From positions 1 through 41,161 of the forward strand of contig MZXQ01000095.1 of NCBI GenBank assembly GCA_002926195.1: a DNA stretch of 41,161 nt, given 5' to 3'. This DNA comes from Candidatus Methanomarinus sp. HR1. Lineage in GTDB: Archaea; Halobacteriota; Methanosarcinia; Methanosarcinales; Methanocomedenaceae. This document shows positions 25,454-34,754 of the stretch, one piece after another. The notes beneath the pieces are model-generated. The model saw only the letters and a list, made by a program, of their open reading frames with translations, did no database searches and was not told the DNA's origin. Both the position numbers and the translations under genes were made by a program. Numbering within the stretch: the first letter of the stretch is position 1; every line of letters begins with the position of its first letter.

Positions 25454-25997
25454 AGAGTATTTCTGATATCTGTTTTAGTGATTGATCCGATACATCGTCC
25501 AAAATCCTGTCATAGGTAAAATCCAGACGGATAGAACCATCATCATTTTCAATCACCAGGCCTCCGATACAGTCGATCTCTCCCATATAAGTAAGACTGG
25601 TCATTTTTTTAACAAGTTCCGCATCCTTTTTATTAGAATATACGCTTGTACCGTTACTTTCGTTGTTTTTAAGAATGACCTTTAATAGATCAGCATTCTT
25701 CTTATCAGGTAATGAAGAAATATTATCTCTTACAGATTGAAAAACGCTATCTAATATGTCTTTTCTTGCGTTCAGAACAGCTCTTTTTGTTTCAAGTCTG
25801 GTACTGGAGATATCCTGTTTTTTCATCCTGATTATTTGTGCTTCTACTTCAGTTTGCTTCTCTTCTTTGATCTTCTTAGTTTGTATGTTAGCCTTATTGA
25901 TTATTGCCGCAGCTTCTTCATCTGCCTGTGAAGTGATGATATCCACTTCAGACCGTGCCTGATCAAGGATATCCTTCACTACATTCTCAAGTCCCAT
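25446..25997 (-). CDS. atpE: A1Ao ATP synthase subunit E
   Basis: This 183-aa protein has a charged coiled-coil N-half. Its operon position also fits. Confidence 0.85.
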   Translation of the reverse strand: MGLENVVKDILDQARSEVDIITSQADEEAAAIINKANIQTKKIKEEKQTEVEAQIIRMKKQDISSTRLETKRAVLNARKDILDSVFQSVRDNISSLPDKKNADLLKVILKNNESNGTSVYSNKKDAELVKKMTSLTYMGEIDCIGGLVIENDDGSIRLDFTYDRILDDVSDQSLKQISEILFG

Positions 25998-26026
25998 GTC
26001 CTATCTCCCGGTGATGGATATGGAAT

Positions 26027-26287
26027 TTACATAAAGATCAGCAATATAGCAATAACAAGTCCGAAGATAACAATAGTCTCAGGAATAACGGTCAGGATAA
26101 GACCCTTTGCAAAGAGTTCTTCCCGTTCTGCCATTGCACCTACTGCTGCTGCACCGATATCCTTTTCTGCAATACCTGATGCAATACCTGATAGTCCTAC
26201 CGCGAGACCTGCGCCAATAGCCACAAGTCCTTTCTGATTCGCAATGATCTGTTCAACCGTTGCATCTGCTATACTTATATCTACCAT
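26027..26287 (-). CDS. atpK: A1Ao ATP synthase proteolipid subunit K (c)
   Basis: This 86-aa protein has two hydrophobic helices. The ion-binding carboxylate sits in the context VIPET. Confidence 0.9.
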   Translation of the reverse strand: MVDISIADATVEQIIANQKGLVAIGAGLAVGLSGIASGIAEKDIGAAAVGAMAEREELFAKGLILTVIPETIVIFGLVIAILLIFM

Positions 26288-28240
26288 TTATTTAACCTCC
26301 GTATATTTTCGAATATATCCAAAGGGATTGAATTTACGGCCGCCACCTTCGTAGAACTTAGTGAAAAATTCTACATACTGCAGCCTTAAAGCATGCAGTC
26401 CGGGCGCTACTACGCCCAGTACGGTATTTACCGTGTGCCCTATAATGAGCACGAGAATCCCTATTATTATAAATACTCCGCCTTTTGGAAAAAGCATTGT
26501 TGTTACGATCTCATTTACTGCAAAAGCAATGCCCACCGAAGACAAACCAACTGCTGCAAGCCTTGTATATGATAAAGTATTACTGAGTATGGAAGGAAGT
26601 TCTAATATTGCTCCCATTCCTTCACCTGCTATCAACATTACAAGACCGAGTACAGCCACTGCTGCACCTATTATCTGGCCTGCCTGGGGAATGAATCCTA
26701 TATATGCTATTATGACTATGGCAATTCCCAGTTGAAGTACTATCCAGCTCATCTTCTCAAGTACTGCCTCTTTCATGCCGTGTGATATTGCCATGTTCCT
26801 GAATCCCAGCAAGAAACCAAGGTTCAGATGCACTACACCGATAAGTGCCGATGCTATTAAAAGTATGGGAATATCATCCGGATCGAGCCGGTCCAGTATA
26901 GGGAGTAGACTGAAATTATGGAATGCCATACCCAATACACTGTTTTCGCCCATCAATGATGTTACTATACTATGATGTCCGAATATATGAAACCCGAATA
27001 TCTCTGCATATAGAATGCCGAATATAATTGTGGAAATACTACAATAGACAAGCAGGGTGGATAATGATCTTAATTCACCTTCTTTTATCTTTGCTATGCC
27101 TACCATGCCGAGTGTAAGCAGTACCAGACCGTACCCGATATCTCCGAGCATGATTCCGTAAAACAATGGAAAAGTAATGAAAATAATAGCCGATGGATCG
27201 ATCTCCTTATAAGTAGGTCTTGAATACAGATCCATTATTGTCTCAAGTGGTTTGACCGGGTTCGGATTATTATATTCTATAGGAATTGATTCGGATTCGA
27301 TTTCTTCCTCTTCAAGATCCAGTTTAGATATAAAAATTCGTCCATTAAATTCATGTTCTATTGTACTGACCACTTTCTCAAACTCATCGTCTGATATCCA
27401 GCAGTCTATTATAAAAGTATTATCACTTGTTGCAAACTTCAATGGTGCTTCTGCTTTTTGTGTAGTGATGGATAATACTTCATCCGATGCCTGGACAAAG
27501 TCCTTATATTTTTTTTGCAGGATATCTATCTCACTTTCAAGTGAGGCTAATTCGATCTGAGCATCCTGTTTTCTGTTGATCATTCCTGAAATCAGCTGTT
27601 GAGGATTACCTGTTAGTTCAGGTATATGTATCTCTGAAAAACCATTTTTATCCAGGACTTCTGCAATCTGCTCTTCATATTCCTTTGATGTGAAAAGGGC
27701 AATTACCTGCATTTTATTATATGATGATATGAATAGTTCATAATCTGTAGTAATACTCCGAATATCTGTTTCGATCTCATTACTACGGACAAAACCCGTA
27801 TGAACAGAAATTGAATTATAACCTTTATACATATCTACATCCAGTGGAAATTGCGAAAAGGGTTCTAATTCAACAACCTTACTTTCTATTGCTTTTAATT
27901 CATTATCCAGATAATTCCTTTTATCCGTTAATCTTGATATTGCTGAGTCCAGTTCATCCAGTTTATCATCCATTTCATGTAGTAAAGAGTCCTGGTTCAC
28001 CATGGTATCAGGATTATGTGGTTTTAACCCTAAAAAATTAGAGAATGATCTGAGCTTAACTAATTTGTTAGAAGCTTCTGTTGCAGCCTTACCAGGTCTG
28101 CCAATGGAAAAGAACGAATCCTCCTTATCAAAATCCTCTATATGGACGCAGTTAAGCTGGTAAAGTACATCCACAACACTATCTAATAATGTTTTATTCC
28201 CTACGATTATTGCTTTTGAAACTTTTTTAGCTGCCAGCAT
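26288..28240 (-). CDS. atpI: A1Ao ATP synthase subunit I (a)
   Basis: It has a cytoplasmic N-half and a polytopic C-half (LSYTRLAAVGL motif). I prefer the start at 28240 (MLAAKKVSKAIIVG) to 28264. Confidence 0.9.
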   Translation of the reverse strand: MLAAKKVSKAIIVGNKTLLDSVVDVLYQLNCVHIEDFDKEDSFFSIGRPGKAATEASNKLVKLRSFSNFLGLKPHNPDTMVNQDSLLHEMDDKLDELDSAISRLTDKRNYLDNELKAIESKVVELEPFSQFPLDVDMYKGYNSISVHTGFVRSNEIETDIRSITTDYELFISSYNKMQVIALFTSKEYEEQIAEVLDKNGFSEIHIPELTGNPQQLISGMINRKQDAQIELASLESEIDILQKKYKDFVQASDEVLSITTQKAEAPLKFATSDNTFIIDCWISDDEFEKVVSTIEHEFNGRIFISKLDLEEEEIESESIPIEYNNPNPVKPLETIMDLYSRPTYKEIDPSAIIFITFPLFYGIMLGDIGYGLVLLTLGMVGIAKIKEGELRSLSTLLVYCSISTIIFGILYAEIFGFHIFGHHSIVTSLMGENSVLGMAFHNFSLLPILDRLDPDDIPILLIASALIGVVHLNLGFLLGFRNMAISHGMKEAVLEKMSWIVLQLGIAIVIIAYIGFIPQAGQIIGAAVAVLGLVMLIAGEGMGAILELPSILSNTLSYTRLAAVGLSSVGIAFAVNEIVTTMLFPKGGVFIIIGILVLIIGHTVNTVLGVVAPGLHALRLQYVEFFTKFYEGGGRKFNPFGYIRKYTEVK

Positions 28241-28559
28241 AAATGCTCCTCTCAAACTTATCAATCAGGAATTCTGTGGATTTTGTTACATTCGTATCAG
28301 CCTTTGTTTTAACAGCTTCTGCTTCTGCAAGACCTTTTTTTATCATATCCTCTTTGTGGATTTTCATCTGTTCTTTTGCCTGAGCTATTTTTTGCTCTGC
28401 ATTTTCAATAGATTCTCTTTTGGCGTTTTCTAATATCTCCCTGGCCTGGTTCCTGGCCCGGATGATTTTAGTATTATTTGCTTCTTTACCTTCCGATACT
28501 ATTGATTTTGCATCTTCTTCGGCTTTCTTGACCTGCAATAAGATTTCAGCTTTTGTCAT
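28227..28559 (-). CDS. atpH: A1Ao ATP synthase subunit H
   Basis: This 110-aa, highly charged helical protein is the first gene of the operon. GGTG lies 6 nt before the ATG. Confidence 0.75.
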   Translation of the reverse strand: MTKAEILLQVKKAEEDAKSIVSEGKEANNTKIIRARNQAREILENAKRESIENAEQKIAQAKEQMKIHKEDMIKKGLAEAEAVKTKADTNVTKSTEFLIDKFERSIYAGS

Positions 28560-28595
28560 AGTATTACACCAATTAAGATTTATTCTCTATCATTT

Positions 28596-28612
28596 AATAT
28601 ATTATAGATAAA
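28596..28612 (-). promoter_or_regulatory. Candidate TATA box for the ATP synthase operon
   Basis: The minus strand reads tttatctataatatatt about 40-50 nt upstream of the atpH ATG. The region is AT-rich, so specificity is low. Confidence 0.3.
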
Positions 28613-28614
28613 TC

Positions 28615-28652
28615 ATTCGGTTTTTATGAATCAAAAAGTAAAAAAACCGAAT
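28615..28652 (-). terminator. Hairpin with T tracts downstream of the 28673-29158 gene
   Basis: attcggttttt (28615-28625) pairs with aaaaaccgaat (28642-28652) in an 11-bp stem with a 16-nt loop. On the minus strand the stem contains T runs. Confidence 0.35.
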
Positions 28653-28672
28653 TCTATCACTGTTTTTTATGA

Positions 28673-29158
28673 TCAATTCGAATGTCCTTTACAAATCTCA
28701 TCTATGATAGTATCAGCGATCTCACCACATGTAGTATGACCGGGACCGTCTATCTTGTGTACTTGTAAGGTTAAGATACCTCCATTCAGATCACTTCTTA
28801 CTAAGAATGTATCACCTTTAGTAGGAATTTTGTTGAGATTCTTTCCAAGATACGAATATAATAAACTTATTTTAAAATCCAGTATGCCATTGTATTCTAT
28901 GTCTTTTAGAATACTACTGAGATTGTTTGGTGTCAATTGCTTAAAATCTACATTCGATTCGGCTATATCCACAGCAATATTCCTTTTAGCTTTCAATGTC
29001 TGGTTATTTGAGTTCTTCATCTCGAAAGACCCGGTTTTATTATTCATGCCAGCTAATGACTTTACTATAAACGGAAGATCATCCCAGAAATGATATTTTT
29101 GTGTAAAATCTAAATTATCAAGTGGAAAACGATGATATATCCGCTTTTTCATTTTCAA
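28673..29158 (-). CDS. Hypothetical protein
   Basis: This 161-aa ORF is Asn/Lys-rich and AT-rich, with no motif I recognise. The start is TTG at 29158 or ATG at 29152. Confidence 0.45.
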   Translation of the reverse strand: MKMKKRIYHRFPLDNLDFTQKYHFWDDLPFIVKSLAGMNNKTGSFEMKNSNNQTLKAKRNIAVDIAESNVDFKQLTPNNLSSILKDIEYNGILDFKISLLYSYLGKNLNKIPTKGDTFLVRSDLNGGILTLQVHKIDGPGHTTCGEIADTIIDEICKGHSN

Positions 29159-29216
29159 TTTGACTCACCAACTTTAATTAGGTTCTATTTTATTTATATA
29201 ATCTTCGAAAATATTA

Positions 29217-29936
29217 TCATTTTATTTTCATCAATTTCAATGCTGATAAACTCTTATAAACATCTTCACTGTTTCTATGTTCAAGTATTTTAATTGTGTT
29301 ATTTTTCTTCAGTATGCCGCGAAGGGCAGAATAATCTATATTTCCATTACCTATCCATGAATGTTCATCTTTTTCCCCGTTATTATCATGTAAATGAAAA
29401 TGACCTACCTCAAGTTTAATAAATTCATTGAGAGTACCTGTAGTATTGGCATGTCCCACATCCAGTGTAATGGTATTTCCATCAAGATCAATATCAGGAT
29501 ACCTGAAAAGAAAACACTCCCAATCCGGCATGTTCTCAATACAAATATTGACTCCTGTTTCGTGAGTGATATCTGCAAACTGCTTAATCGATTTCTCAAG
29601 TGCCACCTTTGCTGCCTGGATATCATATGCATAAGAAAAGTAGCCAGGATGCAAAACCAGAGTCTGCGCATCTATTTTAATGCACATATCCACTGTCTGT
29701 CTGACAAGTTCAAGACTGGCACAACGAATCGGCTCTCTAATACTGGCTATGTTCAAGTCTGTAGTGGGAGCATGAACACTGTATGTAAGGTTATATGAAT
29801 GGGGTATCTGCGGATGACGGAAGATATCATGCATACCTTCCGAATATATCTCAGCACATCCGGATATCTTTTCAATTTGTTCCAGGGCCTGAGATAATGG
29901 CAGGCTGTGATATGCATATGAAGAAATTCCTATCAT
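29217..29936 (-). CDS. Sugar phosphate isomerase/epimerase (xylose isomerase-like TIM barrel)
   Basis: Family motifs are present: LVLHPG, ICIENM, LDVGHAN and HLHDNNGEKDEH. Confidence 0.8.
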   Translation of the reverse strand: MIGISSYAYHSLPLSQALEQIEKISGCAEIYSEGMHDIFRHPQIPHSYNLTYSVHAPTTDLNIASIREPIRCASLELVRQTVDMCIKIDAQTLVLHPGYFSYAYDIQAAKVALEKSIKQFADITHETGVNICIENMPDWECFLFRYPDIDLDGNTITLDVGHANTTGTLNEFIKLEVGHFHLHDNNGEKDEHSWIGNGNIDYSALRGILKKNNTIKILEHRNSEDVYKSLSALKLMKIK

Positions 29937-29980
29937 AAAGTAATCTTCATTAACCAGACAATTATTATACTTTTGTATTA

Positions 29981-30148
29981 GTATATCAAGTATAACTTGA
30001 TATATCGAAAATGCTCACTTTGTTCACATTTTCTAATCTTCGGCTCTCCTGAGAGCCTCAAGCAAAGATTCTACGAATCTTTTAGTCTTCAGCTTCTTCG
30101 AAGCTTCAGTCAAGAAAATCCGAGCGTTAGCGAGGATTTTGTTCTTAA
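29981..30148 (+). repeat. Composite six-hairpin mosaic repeat (H1-H6)
   Basis: The stems are H1 at 29983-29991/29995-30003, H2 at 30007-30013/30027-30033 and H3 at 30042-30047/30052-30057. They continue with H4 at 30064-30071/30075-30082, H5 at 30091-30096/30100-30105 and H6 at 30115-30121/30134-30140. Confidence 0.85.
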
Positions 30149-31591
30149 TTTGTGATTGTTCTTATCACCTCTCCCTATTCCTTTATATACAAAACCTTTA
30201 TTGATGAAAACATCGGGATCAATAACATTTCGTCCGTCAATGATCACAGGATGATCCTGGTTCATTGACTCTTTGAGCATACCTGCATCAATATTGAAAT
30301 ACTGATCATGACCGGTAAGTATGGCTACGCAATCAGCATTTTTTATAACATCCGATAGTTCATGAGATATGGGTACCCCGGGATATTCCAGTACATGAGG
30401 GTCATGTACTTCCACTTTACATCCTGAGTCAATAAGCAGATCCCTGTATGGCTCAGATGGCGGGTTTCTGGCATCATCGGAATTATTAATAAATGCCCAG
30501 CCCAGTATCGCCACTTTCAAACCTTCCAGTGGTTTATTAATTCTTTCTAATGCTTCAACGCTCAGATGATACATATGCACAGGCATGAAATCATTAACTT
30601 TACGTGCCAGCACAAAAATCGAATCCAGGCCATCAGGGTAATCCAGTTTTTCTTTGGATATTTTTACGCCGCGCTCTAAGTGATAAGTATCTTTGGTCAG
30701 GCAGTGCCCGCCCACACCAGCTCCGGGATATAGTACAGCTCTGGTAATGCCCTCACCTTTTAAACTGTCTACACCAGCTCTTACATCATATACATTGATG
30801 CCCATGGCCTCGCAGTATAGAGCAAGCTGGTTAATAGAAGCTATCTGAAGGTCTCTGAAGGTATTTTCCGCAGTCTTGGTAACCTCAGCAGCGGTTGCAC
30901 TCATAGGTATGATCTTACCTGTAGTAAGTACAGGTGTGTACAGTTCAACAGCCCTGTCTGTGCAAACCTGGTCTATACCACCTACTATGCGGTCATGTTC
31001 TCTTATATTTCGCAGCAACCTGCCCACCATCACACGCTCAGGAGCATGAGCCAGCCCGAAATCCTCACCTGCGGTCATACCTGACTCTTCCTCAAGTATT
31101 TGTCTTGCAAGTTCGTCAGTAGTACCTGGAGTTATGGTCGATTCCAGTACAACCAGCGTGCCTTCACTGAGATATTTGCCGGTTTGTTTTAATCCTTCGA
31201 TCAAAGCACTAAAATCCGGTAAAAGGCTCTCAGGGTTTGAGAACGGAGTTTGTATGGCAAGAGTTACTGCATCTACCCCGGATATCTTTGAAAAATCCGG
31301 AGTGCACTTGAATTTTTTTCTATCAACAACTTTTTTAATAAGCTCATCCAGTCCAGGTTCCTCACCTTTTAACGGGCTTTCACCACGGTTTAACATGTCT
31401 ATTTTATAGCCGGATGTCGAAGAATCCCGCTGGAATCCCCACACAAAATCAAAATTGTCCGAATCAGCAAACAGTACTGCTGCCGGAATACCCACATAAC
31501 CCATGCCAATTACACCGATCTTCTTAATAGGGCCTTTACTTTTTAATAATTCCTGTAATTTCGTAGTCATATCAATCCCTGAAATTTCCAA
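30110..31591 (-). CDS. wecC: UDP-N-acetyl-D-mannosamine (nucleotide-sugar) 6-dehydrogenase
   Basis: It has the Rossmann motif IGVIGMGYVGIPAA and the catalytic motif GGHCLTKD. The last ~13 codons and the stop (…LRTKSSLTLGFS*) are encoded by repeat module H6. Confidence 0.85.
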   Translation of the reverse strand: MEISGIDMTTKLQELLKSKGPIKKIGVIGMGYVGIPAAVLFADSDNFDFVWGFQRDSSTSGYKIDMLNRGESPLKGEEPGLDELIKKVVDRKKFKCTPDFSKISGVDAVTLAIQTPFSNPESLLPDFSALIEGLKQTGKYLSEGTLVVLESTITPGTTDELARQILEEESGMTAGEDFGLAHAPERVMVGRLLRNIREHDRIVGGIDQVCTDRAVELYTPVLTTGKIIPMSATAAEVTKTAENTFRDLQIASINQLALYCEAMGINVYDVRAGVDSLKGEGITRAVLYPGAGVGGHCLTKDTYHLERGVKISKEKLDYPDGLDSIFVLARKVNDFMPVHMYHLSVEALERINKPLEGLKVAILGWAFINNSDDARNPPSEPYRDLLIDSGCKVEVHDPHVLEYPGVPISHELSDVIKNADCVAILTGHDQYFNIDAGMLKESMNQDHPVIIDGRNVIDPDVFINKGFVYKGIGRGDKNNHKLRTKSSLTLGFS

Positions 31592-31598
31592 TTGTTAA

Positions 31599-32528
31599 TT
31601 AGATCTTAATAGCCTTTGCTTCGCTATATGATTCTATTGCTGCCATAGCCACTTTAAGTGCATGTATACCATCCCTGCCTGTGGGGTCGGGTTCATGTCC
31701 ATTCGATATGGCATCCACGAAACTTGTCAGTTCCAGTTTCAATGGTTCTTCCTGTTCTATTTTAGCTTTCCTGATCCATTCACCATCATGCAGTTCCACT
31801 GTCTGGTCAATATAATCAAGATAGGCAACACCCTTGATCCCTATGGCTGTAAGCTTTCTCACTTTGTGAGGGGTGAGCCAGTTGGTCTCAACGATCCCTG
31901 AAAATTCATGATCATAACGCAGTACAATAGCAGCATGGTCTTCAAATGAATGAATATCAGCACCGGCAATCGCATAGACTTCGTTTACTTCCATACCATA
32001 GAGACAGGAGATCACATCAATATCATGTACTCCTATATCAATGATCACACCCACATCACGTATCCTGGGGTTATAAGGCCCCACACGCCGTGTGGAGATA
32101 GAAACGATCTTACCAAGTGCCCCTGAATCAATGATCTGTTTTAATTTCATAACTGCAGGATTGAATCTTTCGATATGTCCTACCATTAATTTTACCTTTG
32201 CATCCTTAGCAGCTTCGGTTATTTTATAAGCATTTTCAAGTGTATCTGCGATAGGTTTTTCTATAAGTATATGCACTCCGGAATTGATAGCGTCAAGACT
32301 GATGGGTGCATGTAATGTTGTAGGTACGACAATACTGACTATATCAAGATCCTTTTCAAGCAGTTCTTTATGATCAGTAAAACCTTCAATTCCATATTGT
32401 TCACATAGTGCTTTAAGTGGTTCTTCAGAGATATCAGAAATGCCGACAAGTTCAACATTCTCCATCTCGCTATATATTCGTACATGGTGCTGTCCCATTG
32501 CACCGGTACCAATTACCCCTGCTCTCAT
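31599..32528 (-). CDS. Gfo/Idh/MocA-family NAD-dependent oxidoreductase (UDP-GlcNAc(A) 3-dehydrogenase-like)
   Basis: It has MRAGVIGTGAMGQHH (Rossmann) and the EKP motif (ILIEKPIA). It is adjacent to wecC. Confidence 0.8.
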   Translation of the reverse strand: MRAGVIGTGAMGQHHVRIYSEMENVELVGISDISEEPLKALCEQYGIEGFTDHKELLEKDLDIVSIVVPTTLHAPISLDAINSGVHILIEKPIADTLENAYKITEAAKDAKVKLMVGHIERFNPAVMKLKQIIDSGALGKIVSISTRRVGPYNPRIRDVGVIIDIGVHDIDVISCLYGMEVNEVYAIAGADIHSFEDHAAIVLRYDHEFSGIVETNWLTPHKVRKLTAIGIKGVAYLDYIDQTVELHDGEWIRKAKIEQEEPLKLELTSFVDAISNGHEPDPTGRDGIHALKVAMAAIESYSEAKAIKI

Positions 32529-32593
32529 TTTATCATCTCCTTGATTGTTATTAATAATAGTTTTTTATCAATATAAAATGTACTGTTCATATA

Positions 32594-33709
32594 TTACCCA
32601 AGCGAACCAATACGTGCTCCCCTCACCGATTTACGGTACTGTTTACTAAGTTCAATGGTTTTTTTCAGATTCTGCGGCATAACCCAGACCACCGGTGGAA
32701 TATCAATTCCATCTGTGCCAGTATAGGCATGTTTAAATTCTGTGTATATAGGATCTTTTATCAAACCTTTTCCATGCAATTTTTCTATAGAAGACCAGTT
32801 CCAGTTTAAGGTCAATTCCCTGACCGTATCCAGTCCGCATTTTTCAAATAGGTCTACCAGAAGAGCAGTGATCAGGCAGTTATCGGACATGACAGCAACA
32901 TTACAGTTTGATATGGCATATTCATTACCGTTAAAGGATAAAGCCAGCCCGCCTGCATCTTTAGTACCTTTTAGCATCTTCCAGTCTGTAATGCTGTCGC
33001 CAATAGTAGCTGATCTGTTCAGACCAACTCCTTCTTTTTCAAGTGCCTGAATAACAGCTTCATACTTCCTGGTACCTCCAATGGGTTTTACTTCATTCAG
33101 GACCTTTGCGAATCCGGTCGCAGGAAGTATTTCCCAGAAAAAATGGTCTATTGTTTGTATGGACTCAACAGTTTCTTCACTTAACTCATTCACCCTGGTG
33201 TCCATATCAATATCAAACTGTGGTATTGTCGTAATAATATCTGCTATTTCCCGTACCAGGTGTTTATCCTCATCTGATATTTCATGCGCATATTCATCAA
33301 TGGGAAACTCTGTGCAGTATATATTTTCTACTGGTATGCCAGCCAGGGAGGAAGAGTAATTGACATATTGATTATAGCTGGTACTTATAATATTTACCGT
33401 ATAATACCGTCGAAGTAATGATATTGCCTCTATTGAACCATTGATAAAATTGGCATTATCCTTAGCCACTGTTGTAAGGAACTTATCATCCAGATCAAAA
33501 GCTATTAATAACGGTGCTATCAATGAAAGGGTATTTCCAGGTTCATAACCTTTTTTTTTTACTATATATGCCAGATAATCGTCATATGCACTGATGGTCT
33601 CAAACAGGCGTGCTCCCCCATCAATACCACGGCGCATAATATCAAAGGCATGGTCTGCTGTAACCCAGGGCCCTTCCCAGTCTGAGTTTATCATATGAAT
33701 CGGCTTCAA
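32594..33709 (-). CDS. HAD-superfamily-like protein (EhaR-like family)
   Basis: The N-terminal SDWEGPW resembles the D-C-E-G-P start of EhaR-type proteins as I recall. The C-terminal GDSITDWKML resembles HAD motif III. Confidence 0.5.
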   Translation of the reverse strand: MKPIHMINSDWEGPWVTADHAFDIMRRGIDGGARLFETISAYDDYLAYIVKKKGYEPGNTLSLIAPLLIAFDLDDKFLTTVAKDNANFINGSIEAISLLRRYYTVNIISTSYNQYVNYSSSLAGIPVENIYCTEFPIDEYAHEISDEDKHLVREIADIITTIPQFDIDMDTRVNELSEETVESIQTIDHFFWEILPATGFAKVLNEVKPIGGTRKYEAVIQALEKEGVGLNRSATIGDSITDWKMLKGTKDAGGLALSFNGNEYAISNCNVAVMSDNCLITALLVDLFEKCGLDTVRELTLNWNWSSIEKLHGKGLIKDPIYTEFKHAYTGTDGIDIPPVVWVMPQNLKKTIELSKQYRKSVRGARIGSLG

Positions 33710-33866
33710 TATGTGGTTGTGAATGCTTTAATCTTTCTTTTTAAGTGGATATAAAATGTTCCCTTCGGCCGCACTTACTTGAGATATATTTTTATAAAAT
33801 ATATACAGTAATAAAGATAACCTTTATGTGGTAATTTAAATATAATATATATTAACAACAGTTCTT

Positions 33867-34733
33867 GTGGCTCACATGGATAAAGATATTAAGAAGATTT
33901 CCAGGATATTTCGCAGATACAGATGGTATTATAGGATAACCGACTTTATTCTGCTTTTTACACTGTTTTATACTATATCCTATTATTTCAATGTGGTCAC
34001 AGTATTTTCCCAGTATATGGAATTCTATGTGATAGGTACTATAACACTTGACAAGATCATAGTAGTGGGGTTATGTGGTCTTATTTCCATGGTACTGGTT
34101 ATTTTATTGTATATAAGAAAACCACCGGTTGATCCATTCGGAATGATCGAATCCAGGTATGGATGGATGATCGAGAGGCTTCAAACAGCCTGGGACAACA
34201 GGTATGAGGATAATATAGTCGCAAGTGACCTGATTGAACAGGTGACCAATAGGCTAAAACAGGTTAATGTAGGCTCATTCCTCAACCGCAAACACATAGT
34301 TACCAGACTATTGTTCTCTTTGATCCTGACAGCTTCGTTGATAGGACTTCTTACCACCCAGACACATTCGGATTTTACCCCGCAGGATATAGCTCAAATA
34401 ATTGAAAAGACAGCTGACAATATATCGAATAGTGCCCTACCGAACCAGACCTCTAAGGAAAGTGGAATGGATGAAGATATCTACGGAGAAACCTCTGTGG
34501 CCAGCCTTTCAGGTGAGAGTATAGAATTGCTTATTATCCCGGGTCTTGGTACTGAGGTCACTATAAGACATACCGAGCAGGAAGATGATATCCAGTTCGT
34601 TGCGTCCCAGACATATCCGGTGGATATTAGTGCATCAGCAGCCGCTGATGAGAGTTATCAGGCAATCCTTGCGCTGTCAGACCAGGATAGTGACCTGGTA
34701 AAAGAATATGCCATATTACGTAGTAAATTATAA
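33867..34733 (+). CDS. Membrane protein, first gene of the MoxR/vWA cluster
   Basis: It has three hydrophobic helices and an acidic C-terminal region. The start is GTG at 33867 or ATG at 33876. I recognise no family. Confidence 0.55.
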   Translation: MAHMDKDIKKISRIFRRYRWYYRITDFILLFTLFYTISYYFNVVTVFSQYMEFYVIGTITLDKIIVVGLCGLISMVLVILLYIRKPPVDPFGMIESRYGWMIERLQTAWDNRYEDNIVASDLIEQVTNRLKQVNVGSFLNRKHIVTRLLFSLILTASLIGLLTTQTHSDFTPQDIAQIIEKTADNISNSALPNQTSKESGMDEDIYGETSVASLSGESIELLIIPGLGTEVTIRHTEQEDDIQFVASQTYPVDISASAAADESYQAILALSDQDSDLVKEYAILRSKL

Positions 34734-34754
34734 TCAAATGTATTGAGGTATTGA

